A DNA stretch of 64,000 bases from the human T2T-CHM13v2.0 reference genome, Homo sapiens (GCF_009914755.1 NC_060930.1); one strand, 5' to 3'; positions 27,207-41,030 are shown, numbered from the stretch's first letter. Made by a program: numbers and translations. The notes: generated by a model not told the origin, from the letters alone.

Positions 27207-27212
27207 CGATAA

Positions 27213-27576
27213 ACCCATTGAGCAGCTTTCCATCTCCCCCTCGCCACCATCCCCTGAATGTCGTTCAATGGGTACAAGCTTAGAGTTATACAAGATGAAT
27301 AACTTCCAAATATCCTCCGTGCAGCCTAGTACCTATAGGTAACAATACAGTGTTGCACACTTATAACTTTGTTAATAGGACAGATTTATTATTAAATATT
27401 CTTATCACATACAAAACAAAAGCAAAAGGTCACAAGAAAACTTTTAGAAGTGATGAATATGTTTATTACCTTGATCATGGTGATGGTAACACAGGTGTAT
27501 GAATATGTCCATCTCACTTCATATACGTTATGTAAAGTTTTTTGAATATGAATTATACCTGAACAATGCTGTAAAA
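27213..27576 (+). mobile_element. L1MB/late-L1MA 3' end with inverted 5' segment
   Basis: Sense part tcaatgggtacaag...caagatgaataa...aattatacctgaacaatgctgt; 27213-27256 is the reverse complement of the upstream G-rich L1 tract. Confidence 0.8.
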
Positions 27577-27631
27577 CTGTGTTAAACCAAAAAGTAAATA
27601 AATTGGAAAAGATTAGTTGATAATATCTATG

Positions 27632-27750
27632 TTATATCTCATTTTAGTGATGTTAGTTGTTAAGTTCCAAGGGGGTTAACCGACTATTTCAATGTCACCC
27701 GAATAGCAAATGGCCAAGTTGGACATTTAACCCAAATTGCTCTGACTTGT
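27632..27750 (-). mobile_element. MIR fragment
   Basis: tatctcattttagtgatg...gggggttaaccgact...gtcacccgaatagcaaatggc...tttaaccca. Confidence 0.55.
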
Positions 27751-29439
27751 GGATTATGACACTTCCATGAACACTGTACACGAAACTTTCATAAACACTA
27801 AATAGGCACTCTAGGCTAACCAAGCTCAGATGCCTATGCTTCTGGTTTCATAGAAGTACATGAAAAGTTTTAGAAGAGTTTTATTTCGTGGAGAGTTTAT
27901 TTCTAAGGTGATTCATCTAGATGGATATAATGTTAAAATACCACAGTAGATATCAATATTCAATTGAATTTCATGTGACCAAAAGCTATTTAATTTGTAA
28001 TTAATAAAGCACAAAAAAGAAAACTATGTTGGGAGTATAAAAATGTCTAGCTATGCCATATTTAGGTATCTAGTGGCATATCATTTATGGAGATGAAGTT
28101 AAGGAATTCAGTGCAATAATCAGACAGACATTTAAATTGTTCCTTTTTTTCATTTGGAATCTGCCACCAGGTATCTTAGTAGGTTGGGTTAAGTACAACA
28201 ATTAGAATAAGTCTGCAATTCTTTTAAAATTAAAAAATCTAAGTAGAGAGATCACTTGGAATTAAAAATATGGCTTTCTATGCTTATCCAATTTGTCATC
28301 TTTCATTTTCTATACAGAAATCTTGAATTAGCAAAAGTTTTAATAACACTGAAGAAAAAACATCAAATGCATATTGGATACGTTGTTTCCTACGTAAGCT
28401 ATCAGATTTTTATTTTCTAACTAATGACTTGCATATTATCCCACCTTTTCTTCAAATACTCCATAGTTTAAAAACTAATTTGTTTCAGTTTACACTCAGT
28501 CTTAACTAAACCATTCTGAGACCCCAGTAAAGGGGTTAAACTTCAACATATTTCTATTTATGCCTTAATCCACTTTTTAATATCAAGTCCAACTCCTTTA
28601 ACTTCAAGGCATCTCACTTCTCTTTTTAACCCTTCATCACTATACCATCAATCTTAGATTGATGTAACTGTAAAACATTCTTTTCCAGTGAAATTAATAG
28701 ACTGGCTTTCTCCAAAAGAGCCTTATTGTTTTTATTCTGTTTTATAACAAACCTGATCTAGTCCCATTATCCCCAACAGTGTCCCTAAATTTCTATGTGT
28801 TCCAGCTCAAAACCCACTCCTCCCAGAAAGGCAACTCTCTGTCTTCTTCTCTTCTCTGAAACCAAACACAGAAATTTAGGAAACAGAATTTATATTCAAT
28901 GAAATCAGAAAATACCTATAAATGAAAAAACAAATGAAATCTAACATGATGAAATTCTGATAGAAGCAGAGAAAATTGACCAGAGAGAAACAATAACCGA
29001 GAAGTAATAGATCCTAGGTAACATCAACAAAACACTGAAACTTGTAACTAAAGGGGCATATCCTGAGGAACAGAGTCAGTGATCCCTTGTTTAGAACATG
29101 AGTTAGCTGTGGAAGCCTCTCAGAACCCTGTTAACCTCACATAATGGCAGGATAACAAGGAATAAACAAGAAACTTTGCAGAAGCCTTGTCTTTGCAAAG
29201 AGCATTTCAGCAGGTGTCAGTTACCCACCCTCAGATATCTGTCAAGTTAAGCAAACTAAAAGGTGACTCCCCCACTCAAATAAGTTACTCTCATTTGCAA
29301 AACTCTTGCGAACACTACAGGGAGTTATATATGGAATGAGTCTGTGAAACTTTGAAAAAATCCCTGAGAATTCCCCTGTCACTTCCACCGTTCTCTTCCA
29401 CCTGGAGCACATCCAAGAAAAAATTCCTACTTCCAATTG

Positions 29440-30600
29440 TAAATATTAATTTTATAGAAGGAATTAGAAAACAAAAAAATTGACAGAAACATTTTAAAGG
29501 AATAAAATATGAAGTGCATAAAAACAAAATAAATGCTACAGAGATTTTTAAAAATGTGAAAAAAAATAAAATTTCCATGGATCTAAGTGAATAAAATTGG
29601 AATACTGGAATCAAGAGCAAAAGAAGTAAAAATAATAAAAAGCAGTAAACATTAAAAGTTATAAAAAGAAAATAAATAAATTTTGAGCATTGAAAAAAAT
29701 GTGTAGAAGAAAAATAAGACCATTCACAGAAATAAAGCTGTTATTAGAACAAATAACAGAGAAGGGACACTGTTGATGAATTATTGCCAGGAAATAGAAG
29801 GAAGCCTTGAGAAAAGTGAGCAATGTAAAACTAAAAAGTTAAAGTAATTTAAAAATATCTATCAGTAAATTATAGATACAGGGAACTGTTCAAATAAATG
29901 CACTATACAGGTAATAGTGTTACTGAAAATAAATGAATAAACAGAATAAAAATATTTAAAATATATTTTGTTAGATATTTTCTAAGTAAACAAGACTTGA
30001 ATTTCGAGATAAAAAAGAACACATCGTGTCCTAAGATATTTTAATAAAAATGCATATTAATTGGTCAATACTGAGACATAAGCAGGTAAATTAACTGGGC
30101 AATGTTTGTACATAGAAAAAAGGCAATAAAGAATAAAAAGTCATTGTTAATAGGAAAATATTGGAATAATCTCAGCCTTCTTCAAAACAAGATTAAAAGT
30201 GAGAAGAAAATGAAATAATATCTATCAAGTCCTCAGGAATCTTTGGTATGATCCAATAAGTTTATATTCTATTAAACTTATATTCACTTATAAAGTGAAA
30301 CATACTGTCAAATATGCATAAACTCTAAGAAAGTATCACTAATAAAAAGATTTTAGAGATTGAAGTTTTAGCCAAGTGGTAGAAAAGTAGTGAGGTTGTG
30401 ATAAAAAAACTGACAGTATGTTTTGAATCCATAAGATAGAGACCCAAGACTTAAACCGTCAAATAATAATTGTTACAGATTTGTATCATATCATGATGAT
30501 GTTGAAATAATAATATAATAACATAGGTCAGAATATGCAATTCTAGAGAAGGTGAGCATTCATATTAGTATGTGGGTTTTAACATAAATAATACAATATT
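29440..30600 (+). mobile_element. Very old L1ME/HAL1 ORF1-like fragment
   Basis: Strongly A-rich sense strand; gacttgaatttcgagataaaaaagaacacatcgtgtcct and ttatattctattaaacttatattcacttataaag resemble ORF1-region motifs. Confidence 0.45.
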
Positions 30601-30617
30601 GTGAAGGTAACTATTAT

Positions 30618-32169
30618 TTTCATAGGATCCTTAGGGTGAAGCTTCACCAGCCAGAAAACTCTGTGGCTGGCAGTGCCTTCTGCCTAGTATTGCTCACACC
30701 CTCTGGGTTTGTTTTGCCCACTCAGCCTGGCAGGCTGTGCTCAGCTTTCCCTACCAGTCCAGATCCCACACTTGCCAAGGGCAAGCCAGGAATGGAATGG
30801 CAAGGGGTGTGTGGGTGAGAGAGCATGAGGTCTGGCCACTGTGCATAGCCAGGCAGTCTGGCTGTAGCAGCAGGGCAGGCAGCTCCAGGTGCTGGCACAG
30901 GTGCTGGCTCCATGCAAGGCTTTGGTTGAACCAGATGTACTGCATGCAGCTTCTGCTGTGGACACCCATATCTGGCCAAGGGGAACACCATTGTGCCTGG
31001 AAGCTTGGAGACACCAGGAATCATAGAGCCCCAAAGAGGATGTCACAGCCTTGGCTCAGGGAGCCTCTAGGTCTGGGCTCCCCAAAGAACCACAGCTCTT
31101 CTCTCCTTCTCATCACCACAACATGGCGAGCAGAGGGGCATGTTTCAGCCCTGTTTGTGTTACAGCTTTTTCGGTCTTGCAATTTGGCAGGTCCCAAGTT
31201 CTTGTCCTACATCCAGGAAGAATGAGGTATATGGACAACTGGAGGGTAAGCAAGGCAGAGAATAGCTTCATTGAATGACAGAACAGCTCCCAGGAGACCT
31301 GAAGTGGGTAGCTCCTTTCCACAGGCAGATCATCCTGACGTCTGTGCAGCTCTCAGTGGAGAGGAAACCTGGATGGGTAGGTCCTATCTGCAGGCAGGTT
31401 GTCCTGACATCTGTTTGAGTCTGACTGAGTCTGACTGAGTCTGGGGTTTTTTATGGGCTCAGAAGAGAGGAAGTGTGTGCTGATTGGTCCATGGGAAGGC
31501 ATGGGTGGACTCAGACAAAGCACAATATGTTCTCACTTAAGTCCAAAGTCTTCACCTGGAACTGACAGCCTGGCCTTCATACTTTAGGCCATCCCTGGAT
31601 TGAAGGTAGGGCTTCAGGGTAGACCTGCCCCTTTCTACCCAGGAGCCTGTATGCCTCCTGCCATTGTCAATCATGTCGACCATGGCTGTTCGTGCCAAGG
31701 GGTGCCTGCAAGTCTGTGCCAAGCTTCCCTCAGTCCCACCTTGGCCTCCCTCCTGTGCTCCTTGGAGCCCAAAGTCCAGAAGGGGCCGAGGCAGCAGGGG
31801 GCTGGTGTGTCAGCACCACTCCAAGCATTTGCAAACCCAGCTGAGTTGTGACAGCACCCAGGCTTGGCCTCAACTTTGCTCCAAAATCAGAGTGCCACCC
31901 AGCAGGAGCAGGCACTACTGTCTGTGGGGACAGGAGGACTTCCTTGGCCCTGGAGAGTGCAGTGATGTCTGGGCCTACAGCTGCAAGTGGGCAGCTGTAG
32001 CTGCACCTAGGAAGGTGGGGTTCCCACCCCAGCAACTTGGAAGCGGGTGGAGCTCCCTCCTGTTCCTGGCTCCTGCCAGCTCTGTGGAGTGTGCAGCCCA
32101 GGTTGCACCTCCCCTGCTGTAGCTGGCATCTTCACAGCGGCTGCTCCAGAAGGGCCGCCACTGCCATCA
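30618..32169 (-). mobile_element. MER52 (ERV1) solo LTR, about 1.55 kb, GC-rich
   Basis: cataggatccttagggtg...gccagaaaactctgtggctgg at left, gcggctgctccagaagggccgccactgccatca at right; TSD ttat/ctat. Confidence 0.9.
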
Positions 32170-33348
32170 CTATAACAATTTGAAATAGTCTTCCAAAAGT
32201 CAGAAGAGCACACACATAAGTACATGTGCACTCATATGCATACATACACTAAGGAGGAAAACTACAGAAAAAAGTACTAGTTTTATTATTGGGAACACAG
32301 AACAATTTGAATTTGTATGTCACCCTGAGTAAAACCAAGATGGATAGAGAAATATGTTGGCAGGGGGAAAGGTGCACAGAAAACATGGTGTTATTTCCTC
32401 TGGAGAAGGTTATTGGAATCTGGAGCTCAGGAGGTGGAAAAAGACAGATAATTCACTAAACACTTTAAAATAGTTTTGCATTTTTAGTGTAGTTACGACA
32501 GATTAAATATTAATCCATTGAAAAAAGGTTTCTTAAATTTCCTCTAGATACCTTATAGTTTCTCAGGAGTGCTTTTTCTTCCATAATCTGCAAGTGCAGA
32601 GCTTGCTAAAAAATAGAAGCATAATGAATCTTTATAGTAAAAACCACATTGTAATGTTTTTTATTGATTTATTTGACTTTTTTCAAGTAAATAATTATAG
32701 AACATAGGTGATGCAATATTTTCAAAACTTTAAATGTATTGTTTACTTCATGCTATTGTTTAAACTAAAATAAGCAAATATATTCATTACTCATCAACCT
32801 CCTGAAGCAGGTGTCCCTGAAGTCTCTACAGTTTTCTGTTCTGGAGTGATTTAAGTTTACGTTGGTTTAAGTATGTAAATGTTTTTCCCCATAATTTGTC
32901 AAAATATGTATTCATTAAAAGATTAATAGTTCAAGCAATACTGTCTCATTAAAAGTTTTCAAGGAAAACTATATTAAAATAGGTTCTGATCTTCAAGGGT
33001 TTCACAAAACTGGTCATTCCATTCAGAAAAATCCAAGATGTGTTTATACTGGATGTGTACAAAAAGCAGTTATTGCCTTGTGAATTTGAGTCAAGTCTGT
33101 TGTATCTTTAAAATTATAACTTATAGTTGCCATATACTCTCTAAATAAGTGTCACTTGTATAGTGAAAGAAATTCTAGGTGGTTTTCATACACACAAATA
33201 AGATTTGGGAACAGGATTATAGATTATCATTTAGGGTAACTGAAGATAACCCATCCAGACTTTCTTGATAAGAGCAAATAAGATTACTTTAAATTTCTAA
33301 TTTAGAAATAAATTTATGCCTCAGCTGCCTTATGATGATGTAGAAATA

Positions 33349-33820
33349 ATAATTTGCTCTGAGTCATAAAAATATTAACATTAAATTATTTTGTGAAAAT
33401 ATTTGCTTTTGGCATATCATGTAATTTTTTTTACATATGAGGGCATAACATAATATATTCATCTCTTCCAGGTTTTAAAATCTCTTATCTTTCTTTACAA
33501 TTTTGAAAAATGAAAACAATCTATTCATTTATCTATTTATCAAATTATAAGCCTTATACCTCTTTAATCAGTATGTAACATTTTGGTAGAAATAAAATTT
33601 GAGTTATAAATTTTATTCTGTAAATACATTCATCATATTTTTCTCAATAAGCAGTCTAATAATATATCATAAACAAATCATATAAAGAATTTTACTTTTG
33701 CTCATATTTATCAGTACTAGTATCAAAGTAACTAAGGTAAATTAAATTGTTCTCAAAAAAGGATAAGAATTGTACTTGCCTATTGCATGTATTGAGTGTA
33801 ACTTAGAGAATAAATTTCTA
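33349..33820 (+). repeat. Local duplication, copy A (non-TE-looking AT-rich sequence)
   Basis: Colinear with 35557-35790 + 36301-36510; anchors ttacatatgagggcataacata, tatctatttat(c/g)aaattataagcctt, tctgtaaatacattcat, attgagtgtaactta. Confidence 0.92.
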
Positions 33821-35556
33821 ACATTTTAATATGAACCTCATATGGTCAGAAAAATGGATATAAAATGACATTCTTAAATTTGAGGTTAATGAGGCTGTAG
33901 TAATTCCTATTATAAGTATTGATTTCCAAACAAACTGAGAAACATAATTATTTATCATGTGAAAATATCGTATTATCTGCCTCCTGAGCAAGCTGAAAAA
34001 TAAGCTAAATTTCAAATAATTGCTAATATTTTGTAAAACATAAAGGTAGTTTTTGTTTTTACTGCGAAGAGATACATTTCTCAATTGCTTCTGTAATTTG
34101 AGCATGTATTACCATCGGTCTGATATCCATCCTCTAAAATGTACATGCCTTAATCCAGTGAATTTAATGTGTATTTTACCAGCTTTATAATGTGGATGCC
34201 CTCTTTAGAACTGAAGCTAGGTCACATACAATTATATTATAGAATGCAGCTGCTCTACACTCCCCTCATTAATGAGCAGACCTAATATCTTCTCCTTCTC
34301 TTATGGTGGCCATGACTTAAAATGTCCTTGCCTGGAGGAAAAATAAGCCTATCGAATCCGTTTATACATTTATTAGTTGAAAGCCTCTTTTAGGACACAT
34401 AGAAGTTATCTATCTATATTGAATTAATTACCCACATGTTATCTACATTCAAGACAGGTTGGTTCTGGGTTAACTTAGTGCCCTTCTGAGCAGCTTGCAT
34501 TGATTCACATAATTTTACCAAAAACAATTGTGTCATTTTGCCCCCTTTTTCTCTTTCTCACTAAAAAGATTTCTTTCATGCTTAACAACATAAATTCCAT
34601 TTATTTCAGTCTTTGTTAATGGTTAAGAAAGAAAGACAGACAAAACACACTTAACTTTAAAAAAATATATATCTTATGATATTCAAAACACTGTTAATCA
34701 GAAACATGGAAATTAACACAGAAATGATATGCAACTCACTAATCTTATTTTTTAAAACAAAGCTTATGGTGAAATAGGTAATGCCATATCTTGTTATTGA
34801 GAATGAATATTCATATTTTCTTTTGGTGGAGAACAACCTATAAATAATCAAACAAGTTTTTAATGTGCCTAATCATTGTGCTAGCATTTCCAATTCTAAT
34901 ATTCTATCATAAAAGTCATCACCAAAAAGATAAACATCAAGTGATTCACTGGACTATTGATTATAATTTTAAAAAATGAAAATAGTGTTTATTATATCAT
35001 TGTTTAATATAATAACCACTTTTATATCAGTGTTAATATAAAAGTAGACAAAATAATTATTTTATATACTAAAAGTTTATAGATACGAAAGAGCTCTAAG
35101 ATAAGGTACAAAATAATTTTCAGATATAGGTGTAGTATTATTTCTGGGGATAGGAATTTAATTGGTGAATTTTTGTTTTTTATAGATGAAAGTTAGTGTT
35201 GAAATACATATGTGTCCATGTAATTTTACATTTGTCACAATGAATAAATATCAAGGTAAAATTTTAATCAAACAGTTGAAAAAATAAAATAGGAGCTTAT
35301 TTAAAAACAGTTTTGGCCCCAAACATAGTTTATACATTTATAAAAGAGGGTGATTTGAATGTTTTGTAATAAGTGTTTTGATGGTAATTTTTTATGTTTA
35401 AGTTTATTACAATAAAAAGCCAAAATTTCACCTAACAGAAATCCACTTTGGAGTAGTAGCGATATATGGTACAGGTCTTAATACACATATATTTACATGT
35501 ATTCTTATTATTATATGGAAAAGCAACTCTTAATTTCTTTCTTCTTTAATTATACC

Positions 35557-36510
35557 ATAATTTGTTTTAAATCATAAAAATATTATTAAAATATTTTGTA
35601 AAAATTGATGTGTTGGTATATTATTTAATTTTTTACATATGAGGGCATAACATATTATATGTATCTCTCCCTGGCTTTAAAATCTCTCATCTTTCAATTC
35701 TCTGGAACAATTTTGAAAATTAAAAATGATCTAGCTTCTTATCTATTTATGAAATTATAAGCCTTCATATCTCTTCAATCAATACATAACTGTATTAGTC
35801 CTTTTTCACACTGCTAATAAAGACATACCTGAGACTGGGCAATTTACAAGAGAAAGAAGTTTAATGGACTTACAGGTCCACATGGCTGGGGATGCCTCAC
35901 AATCATGGCAGAAGGCAAGGAGGAGCAAGTCATGTCTTACATGGATGACATGTAAGTTCCTCATCTGCATCTGTGACCACTTCAGCCTGGATTTAATTGT
36001 TCACATCATTATCAGCATTTTGGTCAAAGCCATTCAATAAGTCTCTAAGGAATTCCAAACTTTCCCACATTTTCCTATCTTCTTCTGAGCCCTCCAAACT
36101 GTTCCAACCTCTGCCTGTTACCCAGTTCAAAAGCCGCTTCCGCATTTTTGGGTATATTTCCAGCAGCACCCACTCTACTGGTACCAGTTTCTGTATTAGT
36201 CCATTTTCACGCTGCTGATAAAGACACAGACAAGGCTGATCAATTTATAAAAGAAAGAGGTTTAATGAACTTACAGTTCCCAGTGGCTAAGGAAACCTCA
36301 AATGAAATTTGAGGTCTAAATTTTATTTTTTCTGTAAATACATTCATAACTATCACTTTTTCTCAATAAGTAGTGTAATAATAAAGTATTATAAATCATT
36401 ATAAAGGATGTTTTTCTGCTCAGAGTTACCAGTGCTAAGTTGTTCTCAGAGAAGAGTAAGAATTGTACCTGCCTATTTCATAAATTGAGTGTAACTTAAA
36501 ATTATATTTT
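35557..36510 (+). repeat. Local duplication, copy B, interrupted by THE1 at 35791-36300
   Basis: Same anchors as copy A, offset about 2.2 kb before and about 2.7 kb after the insert. Confidence 0.92.
35791..36300 (-). mobile_element. THE1B/C MaLR provirus remnant: partial LTR, internal piece, partial LTR
   Basis: tgtattagtcc...ctgct(a/g)ataaagaca at 35791 and 36192; between them THE1-int sequence (ttttggtcaaagccattcaa, ccctccaaactgttccaacctctgcctgttaccca, ggtacca). Confidence 0.93.
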
Positions 36511-39284
36511 TAATGTATGGTATTACAGAGAATTTAAAAGATAAAGTCATTAGGATTCCAATTATAGGTTCATTTCTAACTATTTTTTTGTTTTATTTTA
36601 TTTTATTTCATTGCAGTAGACTAATACATTTGGTCTCTTATTCTGTTTTTGTTACACTGTGATTTCACAATTGCCAAGAGAATGAATTAATTCTCTGTAG
36701 TTTTTCTTTCTTTAGAAGAATGCATTATTAAAGAACTTTATACTGTTACAGCTTATTGCAGTGAGTGTTTCAGTTGGTCTGCCAAAGATGTTATCACAAT
36801 CCAAAGACACTCAGCACATTTTGGAGAAAATAATTAGAATAAAGATAATGGTATAAATTTTATCTATTCTTTTAACCTATATTCTACTATGGCAGTCATT
36901 CCTTGCAAGGAAAAAGATATTCTAATACTACATACTTATTTCCAAACATGTCTGATATATTATTATTGAAAGTATTTTGTAATTCGTCTATAAGCACCAT
37001 GTTAGGCTTAAGAAAATACCTTAAGGTTTTATTTTGTATAAATCAATATTTCATCAATATGATATGCTTATATCATTTCATTTTACATTTTTACTAGATT
37101 TAAGTTCACATATATACCATTATTCTTTAAGTGACATATGCCATAGGAAGCAATAAAAAGGCCGAAATACCTTCCATGTTTTTATATTTAATTTTTTGTA
37201 TTCAGAATTAAAATACATTGATTTTGAAATTATATTATATAACACAATGGGCTGGTCATGACATTTGCAGTTTGACATAAATCATCTTTATTGTTTTTCT
37301 AATATTCTATATTGAAAGTTGTCATCAATGGCAAAAGATTTTGTAATTTAATCAATATTGTGAATACATATATTTTAAAACTAATTTTATCAATTGATAT
37401 TCTTTACAAAATGTTAATCATTTGCTTGCTTTAGGGGCCAAAAGATATATTGAATTTCCATTACTATATTATTTTTCTTTCAACATTGATTTAATTAATA
37501 GCATAATGATAAAATTAGACTAAAAATTATATAGTTTAGATAAGCTGCTTTCAGAACTGAATCTTTGCTCACATTCTATATTATATGAATTATGACAACA
37601 GTATTTTCAATTTGATGTTTAGTAACCATCAGTTTTCAGAAAGAATAGTTGTAAAGTTTGAGATTATAAAAAATTGATAATGCGGATATTAATGCTGTAG
37701 CTTCATTGATTTCCATGCTTAAAGAATGTTCACAAAGAATACAGAGATCCTTAGAATATTTTGGAGGATCTTTTGTTGCAATATGAGATATTTTTATGCA
37801 TATCTGTGGCAATTTCGTATTCATAGCATCTCACAGTATTTTTCCTAGGGGCAATATTTGTAGGTTAACTATGTTATCCTCCCCAGCTTTGCTATCTTCT
37901 GTACAAATCCTGTAGTGTACCTCACAAAGTGTTCACTAATGGAAATATTTGCATTTGAGAAAACTACTAATCCAATAAGAATTGTTATCTGTCCTATGTG
38001 GCTCTTCTTTGGAGTTACAACTAAAGTAATTGAATAATAATTAGTAAATGGTTTTTCTCCTTATATCTGCTATAATACCAAATATTTGGTTTGTATCAAT
38101 CATCTTAAAATATATACTATTATTCTTTGCTGTAGATGTTTATATCCTGAATAAATGTCCTATTAGAATACTATAAAATTTTGATGGTGGCTGTCAAATA
38201 AATAATATTCTCATTAGCACACATTAACTTTCTGAGGTGATCATCTGAACGTTAGATATCACTATTCCAAAATTATAATTGACAATGCTATGAGTTCAAC
38301 AATAGCACACCATGTTTTCTCATTTTTATCATCTATATTTTCTGCTTATTTTCATACCAGATGTCAATTCTTGCTTCTTATTTATATTATTCACTATGTA
38401 TATGCATTTTACTTTCTTAGTGTTTGAGATAAATATATAACTGTTGCCAATTTTCTCATACATAGTTTTTTCTCATTTGAAACATATGCTTCTTGAAAAG
38501 AATATGAAAGGACATTAAGAATTGCATGATGCATCAAGTGATCATCCATTCATACATTATCTGCAGCAAAATGGTTGTTCTCTTCTATTATCCCTTTTCC
38601 CCAAATTTATTTTAACTCAAAGATTTAGTGTTTGTTCATATTCTTACATTTCTATGAAATGCTTATATTTCTCTTTGATGTATCATTATTTTCATGTTTG
38701 CTTGAAAATAAGACTGTTCTCCTAAGTGAGCAAGCTTACATATGTCACAAAGGGTGAGTCAGATGACCAGAAAAAATAAACCTGAATGCAGTGTCCAATG
38801 TAAGCCTTCCCTCTAATCTAACTCCTGCTCTTACTATTGTGTATGCAAGAAGGGCTGCTCTTTCTAGTCTTTCTAGGAAATAAGATATGCTTAGATAAGT
38901 AAGGACAAGATCTTTAGAATGGGTGTGCAATGTTGGAGGGGAAATATTACTGGTATTATGATACACTAGAGTCTTCCTTGAGGTCAAATACACATAAAGA
39001 GCAGTAGAACAATGAGAATACACCTATTCTGCCTCCTCCTCCTCCTCAATAGGGAAAGAGTATATAATGCTTTTTTACTTTCACTCTCAACTGGCCTAAC
39101 AGATTGGGGATAAGGATGGGGGTTGGATGATTGAGATCATATGCATGTCTCATTGGGAGGCCTACAGTCCCAACTTTTTAAAAGGAGTAACTTTCATATC
39201 TTAGCATAATATCTTTGGCATAGCTTCCTTCCTGTTGAAAATTAACTTCTAGGTCATCTGTCAACCATACATAATAATAGTATA

Positions 39285-39705
39285 TGGAATGGATACAAGT
39301 TTTATGGAGTTTAAGATTTTTATATCCAGGCATACGCTTTTTTTTAAAAGCATACAATTATGAAAACAAAAAGTAATAATAAACAGCTTTGGCATTGAAC
39401 AAAATAAATATATCTGAATAAGTCAAATTAAATGTATTCCCAAATGTGACTTTTTTTGGCTAGATCTAAAAAATGCCACAGCTTCTATGATTCTTCCCCA
39501 ATTGATGATAGAACATACCAGGAGAAAACATAAGTGGATCAACAATTTTAACTTACAGCAGTAAAGATGTATTTTGTTTGCAAATTTTTCAAAATTGTAT
39601 AACCATATGACATGTTACTAGGATTTGTCTCAAGACTTTAGTGGGTCTTATAAGTTACGAACACTAAGTCTTAAACTTCATTAGATCATAGTGAATATGA
39701 ATTGA
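39285..39705. mobile_element. Possible hAT-Tip100 MITE (MamTip/MamRep1879-like)
   Basis: ggatacaagttttatggagtttaagatttta at left, cttaaacttcattagatcatagtgaat at right; very diverged. Confidence 0.3.
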
Positions 39706-40786
39706 TGATCATATATATTTCACTTATTTTCCTGTATTTGGTTTTATTATAGGTGATAAAGGAAGCATGGGTGACAAGGTTTATAAGGTTTGTATCTTTA
39801 TTGATAAGGAGCCCTTATAGTTAAATATAAAATTGAGTACGAGAAAAGAAAATTAAATTCACAAAATAACAAAAAAATAAATACAACTTAGTCTAACTGA
39901 TAGATATCAACAAAACACATCATTAAAATTTCAAAAACTTATTTAAAAAACAAGAAAAAATGAGAATGGCATTGTTTAAGATGTGCTGTATTAGCAAGTT
40001 AGTTGATATTAGTGTAAAATGATTCCAGCTTTCTAATGGAGAATCTGCCTGCATGTAAAGAGCTTTAAATTGTTCATGCACTTTAATATACTGATAACCT
40101 TTCTAATAATTTATCTTAAAGAAATAGTCTGAGATAAATACAACCAATTTTATACTAGCTTTTCTAACGTAACATTGTCTGCTATAGTGAGTGACTGCAC
40201 AAAACTAAATGTGACATATAATAGAATTATTTAATTTTATGTATATATTCATATAATGATGCAGTTATGGGAAATAATGTTTGTAAAACATTTCTACTAT
40301 AATATGATCTGAAATAAAAATCTGTGCATAAAATATTATCTTTGTTATATATCTGAATAGATGATTTATTTTATTCCTTTTTTTCAACATCTTGGTTTAA
40401 TTCTCTATGACAGATTGATATTTAAAGAAAAAAGAACCTATAAAGATTTCCTTGAAATATTAGCAATAGATAAATGTATATGTATTTAATAAGTAATTCA
40501 TTTCTTATTATAATAAATAAGTGAAGAATATATTGTAATATCATAATTTTTACAATTTTGAAGCTTTCTGAAATGAACAATAGGCAGGTATATTTCCTAA
40601 GATATCTCATTATCTTGATATCAGTTATCTATTCATTAAAGATACGGATTAATGTAATCTATTCCTTAAATACAATGAATGTAATCACATTTAAAAATGG
40701 ATGGGTTAATGTAATCAATTTTTTACAAATTTAAATTATGCAAAATGTGGTTTTTAACATCCTCTACTGCCTCGTGTTCTTTATGT

Positions 40787-41030
40787 ATAATAATGATAGT
40801 AAGAAGCATTTTGAGCAATTTAACGTGCACTAAGCACTTTACCAAATCCAGATACTTAACACATTTCTAACTCACCTAACAACCTTGATGTCAACTTTCT
40901 GACAAGGAGGCTGAGGTTCTGAAAGATTAAGTAATCTAGCTAAGATGAAATAGATAGTATGAGCAACATCAAGGTTTTAAGCTCAGGTCTTGTTGATCCT
41001 AATTTGTGTGCTTCCTCCACTTCACAGTGT
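40787..41030 (-). mobile_element. MIR, near full length
   Basis: cattttgagcaatttaacgtgcactaagcacttt...aacaaccttg...ggctgaggttctgaaagattaagtaatctagctaag. Confidence 0.7.

Noticed and set aside
30636-32231. Dense cluster of overlapping ORFs up to 162 aa in a GC-rich island
   Set aside because: Lies within the MER52 LTR; GC richness lowers stop frequency. It is CpG-depleted, so not a CpG-island promoter.
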